From an uncultured Myxococcaceae bacterium (lineage in GTDB: Bacteria; Myxococcota; UBA727; JABDBI01): a stretch of DNA of 64,000 nucleotides. The position numbers and the translations under genes are program-made. The notes below the pieces were generated by a model, which made no database searches, was not told where the DNA came from, and saw nothing but the letters and a program-made list of their open reading frames with translations. Numbering within the stretch: position 1 is the first letter of the stretch; each line of letters starts with the position of its first letter. The stretch spans positions 42,488 to 106,487 of the forward strand of contig CAZWPE010000006.1 of NCBI GenBank assembly GCA_964635635.1, in the 5' to 3' direction. Below, piece after piece: positions 29,542-38,568 of this stretch.

Positions 29542-29773
29542 TGCCTGGGAAGCTTACCTGTACTGGCAAAAAATCGACAAACAAATGCTAAAACGCCTGA
29601 ATAATCTCATTAAAGAGTGCCTTCGGACACCATTTTCAGGAACCGGAAAACCAGAACCCCTTAAAGGTGATTTACGAGGTTTTTGGTCAAGACGGATTGA
29701 TGAAGAGCACCGCCTTGTATATTCTTATGAAAATGGCAATCTAACGATTGTATCCTGCAGATATCACTATTAA
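29522..29773 (+). CDS. yoeB: Txe/YoeB toxin
   Basis: AWEAYLYWQ, PFSGTGKPEPLKGDL.GFWSRRIDEEHRLVY, SCRYHY. Confidence 0.95.
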   Translation: MILFHPDAWEAYLYWQKIDKQMLKRLNNLIKECLRTPFSGTGKPEPLKGDLRGFWSRRIDEEHRLVYSYENGNLTIVSCRYHY

Positions 29774-29776
29774 TTT

Positions 29777-31129
29777 ATGACTCAAAGACAACTATTTGGA
29801 ACAGATGGCATCCGGGGACAGGCCAATGTTTACCCCATTACAGTTGAGCTGATGCTCGCTTTGGGCCGTGCTTTGGGTCGTGGCGGCAAGACCGTTGTAA
29901 TTGGAAAAGACACCCGTTTGTCAGGTTATGCTCTTGAACAAGCCATCGCTGCAGGAATTTGCTCGATGGGCGGCGATGTCCGTCTGACCGGTCCGCTCCC
30001 AACCCCAGCCATCGCCTATCTTACAAAGACCCAAAAAGCTGACTATGGAGTGGTGATTTCGGCTAGCCACAACCCATTCCAAGATAATGGAGTCAAGATT
30101 TTCGGACCCGATGGATTTAAGTTGTCTGATGCTGCAGAACTTGAACTTGAACGACAAATCTTGCGACCAGATTTCGAAAACCCACTTTATGACAAAATCG
30201 GCAAAGCCAAGCGTATTACCGATGCAGCCAAAAGATACGTCTCTCACCTGCGCGAACTTGTACCAACGAACTTTAGTCTGAAGGGGATGCGGATTGTCCT
30301 CGATTGTGCCAACGGCGCTGGTTACAAAGTAGGGCCTGAGCTGTTTTTGGGTCTAGGCGCTGATTTATTTACGCTGGGTGAAAGACCCAATGGGCTCAAT
30401 ATCAACCAAGGTGTTGGTTCACTTGAGCCCAGATCTGCACAGGATTTGGTTAACCTTATCAAAGCAGATGTTGGGATCGTTCTAGATGGCGATGCGGATC
30501 GCGTTGTCATGATTGATGAAAAAGGCGAAGTTGTCTCGGGCGATGCATTACTGGCACTCACTGCCTCCTACCTCAAAACTCAAAATCGCCTAAGCAATGA
30601 CACGCTCGTCTGCACTGATATGAGCAATCTTGCACTCGAGAACTGTCTCGCCCCACAAGGAATCCGAGTTGAGCGCGCTTCGGTCGGTGACCGCTATGTG
30701 ATGGAACGCTTGCGTTCAGGTGAGCACACTTTTGGCGGCGAAGAGTCGGGGCATCTTATACTTCTGACCCACAGCACCACAGGTGATGGTCTCGCAGGGG
30801 CACTTCTGACTCTTGCTATTATGAAGGCTGAAAATAAGCCTCTGTCTGAGCTTAAAAACATCTTTAGGCCACTCCCAAGGGCCATTGAGAATCGGGTCGT
30901 TCCGGCCAAAATTCCTTTCGAACAACTACCGCAAACCAGTGCTCTCATGCAAACGATTGAGAGCTCACTAGGCAAGTCAGGTCGACTGTTTGTGCGTTAC
31001 AGCGGGACAGAAAGAAAGCTTCGTATTTTGATCGAAGGTCCTGACGCAACGCGCATCAAAGAAATGGCAAGCAAGCTTGCCGAGACCGCGCTGGCCGAAA
31101 TCGGAAACCTCACCCGCTTCACTGCGTGA
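29777..31129 (+). CDS. glmM: Phosphoglucosamine mutase
   Basis: LFGTDGIRG, GKDTRLSG, ISASHNP, DGDADR, GGEESGH, VRYSGTE; the last codons overlap a repeat. Confidence 0.95.
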   Translation: MTQRQLFGTDGIRGQANVYPITVELMLALGRALGRGGKTVVIGKDTRLSGYALEQAIAAGICSMGGDVRLTGPLPTPAIAYLTKTQKADYGVVISASHNPFQDNGVKIFGPDGFKLSDAAELELERQILRPDFENPLYDKIGKAKRITDAAKRYVSHLRELVPTNFSLKGMRIVLDCANGAGYKVGPELFLGLGADLFTLGERPNGLNINQGVGSLEPRSAQDLVNLIKADVGIVLDGDADRVVMIDEKGEVVSGDALLALTASYLKTQNRLSNDTLVCTDMSNLALENCLAPQGIRVERASVGDRYVMERLRSGEHTFGGEESGHLILLTHSTTGDGLAGALLTLAIMKAENKPLSELKNIFRPLPRAIENRVVPAKIPFEQLPQTSALMQTIESSLGKSGRLFVRYSGTERKLRILIEGPDATRIKEMASKLAETALAEIGNLTRFTA

Positions 31130-31171
31130 AGCACCCTCTCCACCCGTGGAGAGGGCCCCTGCCAAATCAAG
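31102..31171. repeat. REP-like 70-bp palindromic element (CCCTCTCC-N-GGAGAGGG family)
   Basis: cggaaacctcacccgcttc…gaagcaccctctccacccgtggagagggcccctgccaaatcaag; near-identical to 35382-35451. Confidence 0.9.
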
Positions 31172-31174
31172 AGC

Positions 31175-34162
31175 TCAAAACCTCAATCTAAACCCTAGCT
31201 GCGTACTAAACGGTGCCTGGAATGCGACCGCTTTGCCATAGTTCGGATTTTTCGTGATTGGATTTCCATCCACGTTGGTCGCATAGTCTAACTGATCCAT
31301 CCCGCCTCCCACAATCGGCCTAACAAAGTCATAGGTGTATGTGTCGTCGTAAGCGGTTGGATCTTGATTATTGGTCAGGTTATAGAATGCCGCAAAGAAC
31401 TCAGCATTAACATCTTCCGTAATATCATACCCTAATCCCAAGCTTAGATCGATTGACCAAGTCCAAGGGGTACGTCCACCTGAGCCTCGTGGGAGAATAA
31501 AGATTTCATCATTACCATAGATCTGATCTGCACCCAGAACTTCATAAGGTCGACCACTCTGGACCACTCCAGATAGACCAATATTAAAAGTCAAAGGGAG
31601 ACTCGAGCCGAAATCTTTAAATGACGCATTATAAAATCCACTTAACTTAATGCGGTGACGTTGATCTTGAGGCAAATAACCATCACGGTTTACAATCAGC
31701 TGAGGCAAATCAAACTGACTGCTTAAGTTTGGATCTAGCTGACCATTGGTTGCAGAATACAGACCTGGATAATTACCCTTAGCCCAAGACAATACATAGG
31801 TTGCCAAGATCAAGAAGTGATTCGAAAGTTTTTTGTCTAGCCTAAATTGAAGCTGCCAAATTTCACGTGTCGCCTTTGGAACGCTTGAGAACTCACCAAA
31901 ACCTGGGTTGCCAAACTTGTAAGTATTACCACCATCCGTGGACATATCCTCAATCACGCGGCCCAAATTACGATACACTCCAGCGATACCAAACACCCAC
32001 GATGGAAACGGTTCATAGTCACTGCTTAAAATAAACTCATCCGAATATTGTCCCTTCAAGTTCGACGCCAGTTGAGCCGGTTCACCACCTAGAATTGTTG
32101 GTTCACCGAAAGCACCACAAGAACTATTGGGGTCTGAACTATTGCATTTAGCAAATCTAATACGGCTACCTTCTCCGCCAAATGCTCTATCATTCAAATC
32201 AAGCGGTATAGATTCAAAATAACGACCATAATTAAATCTAATAACACCTTTACCATTGCTTAAGAAATCCCAAACGACCCCTGCCCTGGGAGCGAAGTTA
32301 TCTAGAATCGAAAATTTCTTTTCGAGACTTAAATCGCTAAGTTTCATGCTTGGATTCTTGACACCGTAGAAATCTTGGCCTTCCCATCGGAAACCATAGT
32401 TCAACGTCAGCTGAGGGATTGGATTCCAGCTATCTCCGATAAATGCGCCCCAATTAAGTGTTTGCGACAACGAAGGGATTTTGAAATCGTTGTCCGCACC
32501 AACAGAGCCAATCCCTCTGACGTAATATTCAGTCGATTTGATTTGAGTAGGATATCTCTGATAGAAGATTCCACCGGTGTAACCATGTTCTTTAGACCCT
32601 CGAAGCTGTTCAAAATCAAGACCATATTTCAACTGATGCAAGCCTACAAAATCAAACAAATTTGTAAGCATCAGTCGCTCTGAGAATCTGGTCAAACTTC
32701 CATCACTAAAGGTACCTATGCCTCCCTTAGAGTAATTTCGCACGGTGCATTTTGGCGTTGCGCCAAGAACACCTTTGCACTCTTCAGGGATTACGCCATC
32801 CCAAACTGTATCCAATCCTAAGTTATAAACGTATGCTGTTCTTGGATCAGATTTTTTGCTCACCGTCGGAGACCAGTGGCTTTCTTGATGATGAATCCCT
32901 AATGTTCCATCAAGCTTAAGCTTGTCTCCGAAGTATTTTCCCGCATAGTTATAGATACCCGTCACAACGTTTCCACCAGATTGTTTAAACTGGAATGTGC
33001 TTGGATCTCCATTTAAACTCAAACTTGGCGCTTCTGTATCGAATGGTGTCCCCACTGAACCATTAAAAATTGTGGGCGCACCTCGAACAGCTAAACTATG
33101 GCGATTATCATCATCAATATTATGGGTTAACTTAAACGTATATTGGTGAGTTTGTGCAAATCCCGCCCAACGATCACTGTAAACACTTGGGCCAAATCTA
33201 AGTTGCCCAAAATCATCTCGTGCCGCATTCCCTGATGAATCTGCTAGCACTGGATGGATATCTCGATACCAGTAATCATGTTGAAATTCTGGCGAATAAC
33301 CTGCATGGAACCACAGCTTGTCCTTAATAATTGGCCCACCCAATTCAGCACCAACGTTCAGATAATAATCAAGCTTGTTACGACGGAATAACGAATCATC
33401 TGCGCGCTCAATTAATCTTGGCTTTGCCTGTAGGAATCCTGGCCTATAATAAGTGAAGACACTTCCATGAAAGTCATTGCCGCCGCTCTTCGTTGCAGCA
33501 TTCACCACACCGCCCGTTGCTCGGCCAAATTCAGGACCGTAACCACCCTCTTTAACATCAAACTGGTCCACAAATTCCATCACCATACGGGTACCACTTA
33601 AGCCCGTAGAAGGGTCACTCGCATTCATTCCATCAACCACAAATACGTTTTCTGGGGAAGTGGCACCACCCACAGACTGACCATAGGCATCAGCTCCCGA
33701 ACTCGGAAGCGCATTCATGGCGTTGGTGAAGTTTCTATCGCGTCCCAATGGAACGTTCTTAATATAATCTTTAGTCAAACTAACACCAACCGTACTCGAT
33801 GCTACGTCAATATGATTAGCTTTTTCTGTGATCTGATAGACCTCACCTTTTGCTTCATTCAAAGGCAAAGCCATATCGCCATTCACGGTTCTCTCGATAT
33901 AAACTTCAACGCCTCTTTTTTCACTCGCTGCTTCAGCAAACATCGCTTTCAGCGTGTAAATACCGGGCGGGAGGTTTGATATAACGAATAAGCCTTTGTC
34001 GTCTGTCATCACTACTTGTTCACCAATCAGTGCTGGTGAAGTCGCCACCACAGTGACACCGCCAATAGGCTCATTCTTCTCATCTCTAACAACGCCTTTA
34101 ATATTACCCGTCGTTCCAGCCAGAAGAGAAATCGAAAACAGTGCTAAAAATAAAATACGCAT
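31175..34162 (-). CDS. TonB-dependent receptor, Oar-like, with carboxypeptidase-regulatory N-domain
   Basis: GNIKGVV…TDDKGLF..NLPPGIY; ENVFVVDG; GGYGPEFGRATGGVVN; C-terminal QLGFRLRF. Confidence 0.88.
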   Translation of the reverse strand: MRILFLALFSISLLAGTTGNIKGVVRDEKNEPIGGVTVVATSPALIGEQVVMTDDKGLFVISNLPPGIYTLKAMFAEAASEKRGVEVYIERTVNGDMALPLNEAKGEVYQITEKANHIDVASSTVGVSLTKDYIKNVPLGRDRNFTNAMNALPSSGADAYGQSVGGATSPENVFVVDGMNASDPSTGLSGTRMVMEFVDQFDVKEGGYGPEFGRATGGVVNAATKSGGNDFHGSVFTYYRPGFLQAKPRLIERADDSLFRRNKLDYYLNVGAELGGPIIKDKLWFHAGYSPEFQHDYWYRDIHPVLADSSGNAARDDFGQLRFGPSVYSDRWAGFAQTHQYTFKLTHNIDDDNRHSLAVRGAPTIFNGSVGTPFDTEAPSLSLNGDPSTFQFKQSGGNVVTGIYNYAGKYFGDKLKLDGTLGIHHQESHWSPTVSKKSDPRTAYVYNLGLDTVWDGVIPEECKGVLGATPKCTVRNYSKGGIGTFSDGSLTRFSERLMLTNLFDFVGLHQLKYGLDFEQLRGSKEHGYTGGIFYQRYPTQIKSTEYYVRGIGSVGADNDFKIPSLSQTLNWGAFIGDSWNPIPQLTLNYGFRWEGQDFYGVKNPSMKLSDLSLEKKFSILDNFAPRAGVVWDFLSNGKGVIRFNYGRYFESIPLDLNDRAFGGEGSRIRFAKCNSSDPNSSCGAFGEPTILGGEPAQLASNLKGQYSDEFILSSDYEPFPSWVFGIAGVYRNLGRVIEDMSTDGGNTYKFGNPGFGEFSSVPKATREIWQLQFRLDKKLSNHFLILATYVLSWAKGNYPGLYSATNGQLDPNLSSQFDLPQLIVNRDGYLPQDQRHRIKLSGFYNASFKDFGSSLPLTFNIGLSGVVQSGRPYEVLGADQIYGNDEIFILPRGSGGRTPWTWSIDLSLGLGYDITEDVNAEFFAAFYNLTNNQDPTAYDDTYTYDFVRPIVGGGMDQLDYATNVDGNPITKNPNYGKAVAFQAPFSTQLGFRLRF

Positions 34163-34171
34163 GACTCTCTC

Positions 34172-34717
34172 CTATTTAGCCTTTAGCGATACGAAACCCG
34201 TGCCAACAGAAACCCCATCAGCTCCCACTACGGCTTGATCTTTCAGCGTCACAACGATTTGCTGTCCACTTGTGGCGACTCCAGCAGGCAACTGGACTGC
34301 AATGGCCGGTTTTGGGAAATTATCTGCAGCGGTGTCAGGAGGGGGGACATAGCCTCCATCAGGACGATACTGAACTGTATGCCCAGTATAAGAACTTCCA
34401 GCGACCTTCACAGAAACAATCCCTGAAACCGGGGAAAAACCTGAAACTGCTTGAGTAGTTGGATTTCGATTAATAAGCTCTACAGAATCACCTCTCAACA
34501 AATTGGAGAATGTGAGCAGAACAACACCACCTTTACTGAGATCAATCACAGGATCGCTGCTTTGGTTGTTCAGATTCAGCGCAGTTGCCGCTTGAGAGTC
34601 TGAACCCGTGTTCACAAACAAACCACCCGTCAACGCAGTTGGCTTGGAAGTTTCTGAACCACCACAAGTTGTTACTAAAAGTACGCTGAGTAACAGGGCA
34701 ACTTTTTTCATCGTCAC
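34172..34717 (-). CDS. Hypothetical lipoprotein upstream of the TBDR
   Basis: MKKVALLLSVLLVTT-C; beta-rich; 9 bp from the receptor start. Confidence 0.6.
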   Translation of the reverse strand: MTMKKVALLLSVLLVTTCGGSETSKPTALTGGLFVNTGSDSQAATALNLNNQSSDPVIDLSKGGVVLLTFSNLLRGDSVELINRNPTTQAVSGFSPVSGIVSVKVAGSSYTGHTVQYRPDGGYVPPPDTAADNFPKPAIAVQLPAGVATSGQQIVVTLKDQAVVGADGVSVGTGFVSLKAK

Positions 34718-34796
34718 ATTTTTCTATCTAGCCAACAACGATGACACATCCGTCAAATGCCGGAGTATTTCTGTAAAATTATTTGTTTTAGTATTA

Positions 34797-35375
34797 ATGA
34801 AGCTGATTTTAATCGTTTTTCTCTGCTCAACTTCAATTTTCGCTCAAAATATAACGTTCTCAAAACCTCTGTCATGTCATCTCGCTGATGGTTCTAGAAC
34901 ACTGCTGCAAGGCTCTATCGTCACAGGCTCTGTCGTCTTGTCTTATATCAATGCTGTATTACCAATCATCGCTGAAATTGTTGTTGCGGCCATTATGCAC
35001 AAACTGACTTCGAAGTCCCCAGGAGATACCACGGGAGGGGGAGGTAATTCTGGAGGTGGGGATGGTTCAGGAGGAGATGGTGGCTCAGGAAGTGTCGTCG
35101 TTCCAGTAGAAAACCATCCGTTAACTTCAAGCGCAGCTGATCTGTTAACCTGGTATGACCGCATGGGACTAACCCTATTCGCAGCTCACGCAACGACAAG
35201 CCTCCCTAGGGTTTCTCAGGTATTTGGAAATGCTTTTGCCAAAGCAGGCCCAGAAACTGGCTCCACCGCACCAAGTGCAACCACCATTCTAACAGTAGGC
35301 AGCGCTGTTGTTGCAGTGATCGCAGGCGCTGGTTACCCCATGATCAGTGGGTGGTGTGAGTATGAAAAATCATGA
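34797..35375 (+). CDS. Hypothetical exported/membrane protein with Gly-rich linker
   Basis: Signal peptide MKLILIVFLCSTSIFA; hydrophobic helices flanking GGGGNSGGGDGSGGDGGSG. Confidence 0.55.
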   Translation: MKLILIVFLCSTSIFAQNITFSKPLSCHLADGSRTLLQGSIVTGSVVLSYINAVLPIIAEIVVAAIMHKLTSKSPGDTTGGGGNSGGGDGSGGDGGSGSVVVPVENHPLTSSAADLLTWYDRMGLTLFAAHATTSLPRVSQVFGNAFAKAGPETGSTAPSATTILTVGSAVVAVIAGAGYPMISGWCEYEKS

Positions 35376-35381
35376 TTCTAT

Positions 35382-35619
35382 CGGGAACCTCACCCGCTTC
35401 GCGCTGCGAAGCACCCTCTCCACAAGTGGAGAGGGCCCCTGCCAAATCAAGGCGATGATTCTTCGTGAAGCAAGGGGCTTCGAGTGGCACTGTCCCTCTC
35501 CGCAAGCGGAGAGGGATTAAGGGTGAGGTTTCCGAAGCTGGATCCCGGCTCGGAGGCCGGGATGACAGGCTAGGGGCCTGCCCGCCGAAGCCTTGGCGTA
35601 GGCGGGTGAGGTCTCCGAA
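35382..35619. repeat. Mosaic cluster of REP-like palindromes (BIME-like)
   Basis: 35382-35451 CCCTCTCC family; inverted copy 35494-35537; ctggatcccggctcggaggccgggatgaca 35538-35567; cctgcccgccgaagccttggcgtaggcggg from 35577. Confidence 0.85.
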
Positions 35620-35620
35620 A

Positions 35621-36235
35621 CTATAGCGACTCAGCGCGCGACTTTAGGTTTCTATGAATGGTTCGCGCCATTTCATAACCATCAAACCCGCCAATCCCGA
35701 AAAATCCATCTGAGCACAGACTCGTAAGTTCGATTTTTCCATATTGAACGACGTCTGTTTTATTAGCGTCCCCTTCAACTGGAAGCGTCCGCCAAAAACC
35801 AACCGTATCCATCACGCAATCTTGAGATCTGCTATGATCTGTTGCCCAAGTGGCCCAGTCCTTCATCGGAAAACGGTTTCTCACATAATAGTGCTTGCTT
35901 AAGCGATCCGTCATGAAGTCGATGTACATCACATCAGATCCTTCACGTTTATAAATCTGGGCATCACCAACTTTATATGACCAATCTGGATATTTATTGA
36001 AGTCGGCTAATACGCGCCAGATTTTGTCTTGGCTTGCGTTCACTCTAAACGCAACTGAACCTTCTTTGATCAAGCCTCTTTGTTTATCAATTAAGTAAAC
36101 CAACTGACCTGAAGCTACTTTGGCTTTTTGTTCAGCCGTCATAGTTACCATGGGTGGCTCACCCTCAAATGGCTGAAACGCAGCAAATAAATTGAATACA
36201 GAAAACAGGCTCAGTGAAAATAAAATCTTTCGCAT
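35621..36235 (-). CDS. Secreted SRPBCC/START-like protein
   Basis: Signal peptide; VNASQDKIWRVLADFNKYPDWSYKV helix-grip motif. Confidence 0.7.
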   Translation of the reverse strand: MRKILFSLSLFSVFNLFAAFQPFEGEPPMVTMTAEQKAKVASGQLVYLIDKQRGLIKEGSVAFRVNASQDKIWRVLADFNKYPDWSYKVGDAQIYKREGSDVMYIDFMTDRLSKHYYVRNRFPMKDWATWATDHSRSQDCVMDTVGFWRTLPVEGDANKTDVVQYGKIELTSLCSDGFFGIGGFDGYEMARTIHRNLKSRAESL

Positions 36236-36271
36236 GACGAAGAGACCTCCTCTTCGTCATAGACTTTCTAT

Positions 36272-36907
36272 TTATTTTTTGGAGGTTCGTTTTCGAATTT
36301 CATTGCAGGTCTGTTTAGCCATGTCTTGACCGTTGAACCCGCCAATACCAAGAAATCCTTTCGCACACTTACGGGACAGGACTACTTTTCCTGCAAAGTA
36401 AACATTGCTTTGATCTGGGTGATTCTTCACTGGCTCTACATGCCACATGCCAGCAGTATCTTCGACGCATTCACTTTTCTTCTCTTTGTCTGTCTGAAAG
36501 AAAACAAAGCCTTTGTCTTTTTTGCCTGCGTCACTGATGGTGTAATACTTATCCCCAACAATTTGGGCTTTAAACTCAACGAAGTGCTTCGTGCCCTCTG
36601 CAGGTTTGTACTCTTTTGTCCCGCCAACCTTATAAGCCCAATCAGGGTACTTGCTGAAATCTTGAATCACTTCCCAAATGGCTTCAGGCTTTGCGTTTAC
36701 CCGAAAACCAGCAATACCTTCTCGGTAAAACTTCTTTCCTGGAAGGTCTTCTTTGGTTTCGTTGAATACCAATTCACCATTCTCGAATTTACTTCGTTGC
36801 TCAGGCGAAAATTCAAATTTGAAGCTCTCCGTATACGGCTCCAGAACTTTTGCCTCTGCATATACACCCAAAGAAACAAACAACCCTAAAACAAGATATT
36901 TTGCCAT
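36272..36907 (-). CDS. Secreted SRPBCC/START-like protein (paralog)
   Basis: VNAKPEAIWEVIQDFSKYPDWAYKV; shared C..GF.GIGGF.G..MA tail. Confidence 0.7.
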   Translation of the reverse strand: MAKYLVLGLFVSLGVYAEAKVLEPYTESFKFEFSPEQRSKFENGELVFNETKEDLPGKKFYREGIAGFRVNAKPEAIWEVIQDFSKYPDWAYKVGGTKEYKPAEGTKHFVEFKAQIVGDKYYTISDAGKKDKGFVFFQTDKEKKSECVEDTAGMWHVEPVKNHPDQSNVYFAGKVVLSRKCAKGFLGIGGFNGQDMAKQTCNEIRKRTSKK

Positions 36908-36976
36908 AGACCAAGCACGCTAGCCCAAAAAATGCCACAGGGGAAGCATTCATGCTCCCCGAACGTTCTGCCCCAC

Positions 36977-38233
36977 ATGAAGTTTTTGAGCCTCCTGAGC
37001 CTTGTTGCTTTTACCCTGTCTGCCAATAGTGAGTTATTACAAACTCTCCGAAACTCGTGTGCGGACTGTCACACGCCTGGTGCGATGCGCAAGCCGTTTT
37101 ATTATAATTTCCCTATCGCTAAACAGATCATTGATGCTGACGTGGAAGACGCCCTCAACAATTGGGAACTCAGCCCAGACAAACTTGCCGGAACAAGCCA
37201 GCTCACCCCAGCAGATCTCACACAAATCAAAGAAGTTCTTGAAGAGGGGGAAATGCCCCCTCTCAAATACAAAATTTTGCACTGGGACTCCTGGCTGGGT
37301 GCTACTCAAAAAGAACAGCTCCTAGCAACCATCAATTCCCTACTTAAAGAACCTTTGCTGGTTCCTTTGACCCCAGACCATATCCCTCAAGCGAACCCAA
37401 GCAAAGCAGCTCTCGGCAAAGATTTGTATTTCGACAAGCGCTTATCAGGTGACAACACGGTTTCATGTGCATCCTGCCATGCCCTTGATAAAGGCGGAAC
37501 CGACCAAACACAGGTTGCCGATGGGATTCGGGGTCAAAAGGGTCCCATTAACACCCCTACGGTCTTCAACTCGTCCTTAAACTTCCACCAATTTTGGGAT
37601 GGCCGGGCGAAAGACTTGCACGAACAAGCTGGCGGCCCAGTTACAAATCCCAAAGAAATGGGTGCCCAGTGGCCCGACGTAATCGCTAAATTAAACAAAG
37701 ACATGGCGTTTACCAAACGCTTCAAAGCAGTTTACCCCGAAGGCTACTCGGATAAAAACATCACTGAAGCCATCGCAGAATATGAAAAAACGCTGGTTAC
37801 CCCCCATTCGCCTTATGACCGTTACTTGCTAGGCGACAAATCGGCACTCACTGCCTCCCAGATTCATGGCATGGAGTTATTCAAATCCAACAACTGCACC
37901 AGTTGCCACTTTGGGGCGAATTTGGGCGGTCAAAGCTTTGAAAAAATGGGCCGCAAAAGCAACTATTTCGTCAAGCGCGGCGGCGATATGACAGAAGCCG
38001 ATTTAGGCAGATATAACGTCACCAAACTTACCCATGACAAGCATAAGTTTAAAGTCCCAACCCTTCGCAACGTGGCACAGACCTACCCATACTTTCACGA
38101 TGGCTCTGTCAGTGACTTAACCGAAGCTGTGCAAATCATGGCCGAGTTCCAACTCGGCAAGAAGCTTGCAGAAAAGGACGCCAAAGATATTGCAAGTTTC
38201 CTAGAGTCCACGACTGGAAAGCCAGCCCAATAA
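36977..38233 (+). CDS. Tri-heme cytochrome c peroxidase (N-terminal heme-binding domain + MauG/CCP)
   Basis: Three CxxCH motifs (CADCH, CASCH, CTSCH); NTPTVFNS, QFWDGRA, FKVPTLRNV, PYFHDGS. Confidence 0.92.
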   Translation: MKFLSLLSLVAFTLSANSELLQTLRNSCADCHTPGAMRKPFYYNFPIAKQIIDADVEDALNNWELSPDKLAGTSQLTPADLTQIKEVLEEGEMPPLKYKILHWDSWLGATQKEQLLATINSLLKEPLLVPLTPDHIPQANPSKAALGKDLYFDKRLSGDNTVSCASCHALDKGGTDQTQVADGIRGQKGPINTPTVFNSSLNFHQFWDGRAKDLHEQAGGPVTNPKEMGAQWPDVIAKLNKDMAFTKRFKAVYPEGYSDKNITEAIAEYEKTLVTPHSPYDRYLLGDKSALTASQIHGMELFKSNNCTSCHFGANLGGQSFEKMGRKSNYFVKRGGDMTEADLGRYNVTKLTHDKHKFKVPTLRNVAQTYPYFHDGSVSDLTEAVQIMAEFQLGKKLAEKDAKDIASFLESTTGKPAQ

Positions 38234-38497
38234 ATAAACGCTTATCTGTCCTACCAGATACCCAGCAAAACTTCCCGCCATCGTTAATATAGTTATAGGG
38301 ACAGATAAAAGCGCAAGGTTTGCATTGGTCGGTTCCATGTTCGAACCACCAGCTAATCCAAGCGCTGCCCCAACCAGACCGCCCGCGCTTGCTGTTACCA
38401 CTGGTATACCATCAGCTATTTTGTCCACAATCCCAGCCGAAAATGCGGCGTTCGACAGTGTAAGAACTAAAATCGCAGCAGCAAAAAATATTTTCAT
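38201..38497 (-). CDS. Small hypothetical membrane protein
   Basis: Signal peptide plus Gly/Ala-rich hydrophobic helices. Confidence 0.45.
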   Translation of the reverse strand: MKIFFAAAILVLTLSNAAFSAGIVDKIADGIPVVTASAGGLVGAALGLAGGSNMEPTNANLALLSVPITILTMAGSFAGYLVGQISVYLLGWLSSRGL

Positions 38498-38568
38498 GAT
38501 AACCAAGTCAAATCATCGATTATTCTACTGCTGTCAAGTTGCAGTAAACATGATAGCGCTTAGGGGTT

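Noticed and set aside
29287-29773. yefM-yoeB as a novel system
   Set aside because: Canonical, well-described type II toxin-antitoxin pair
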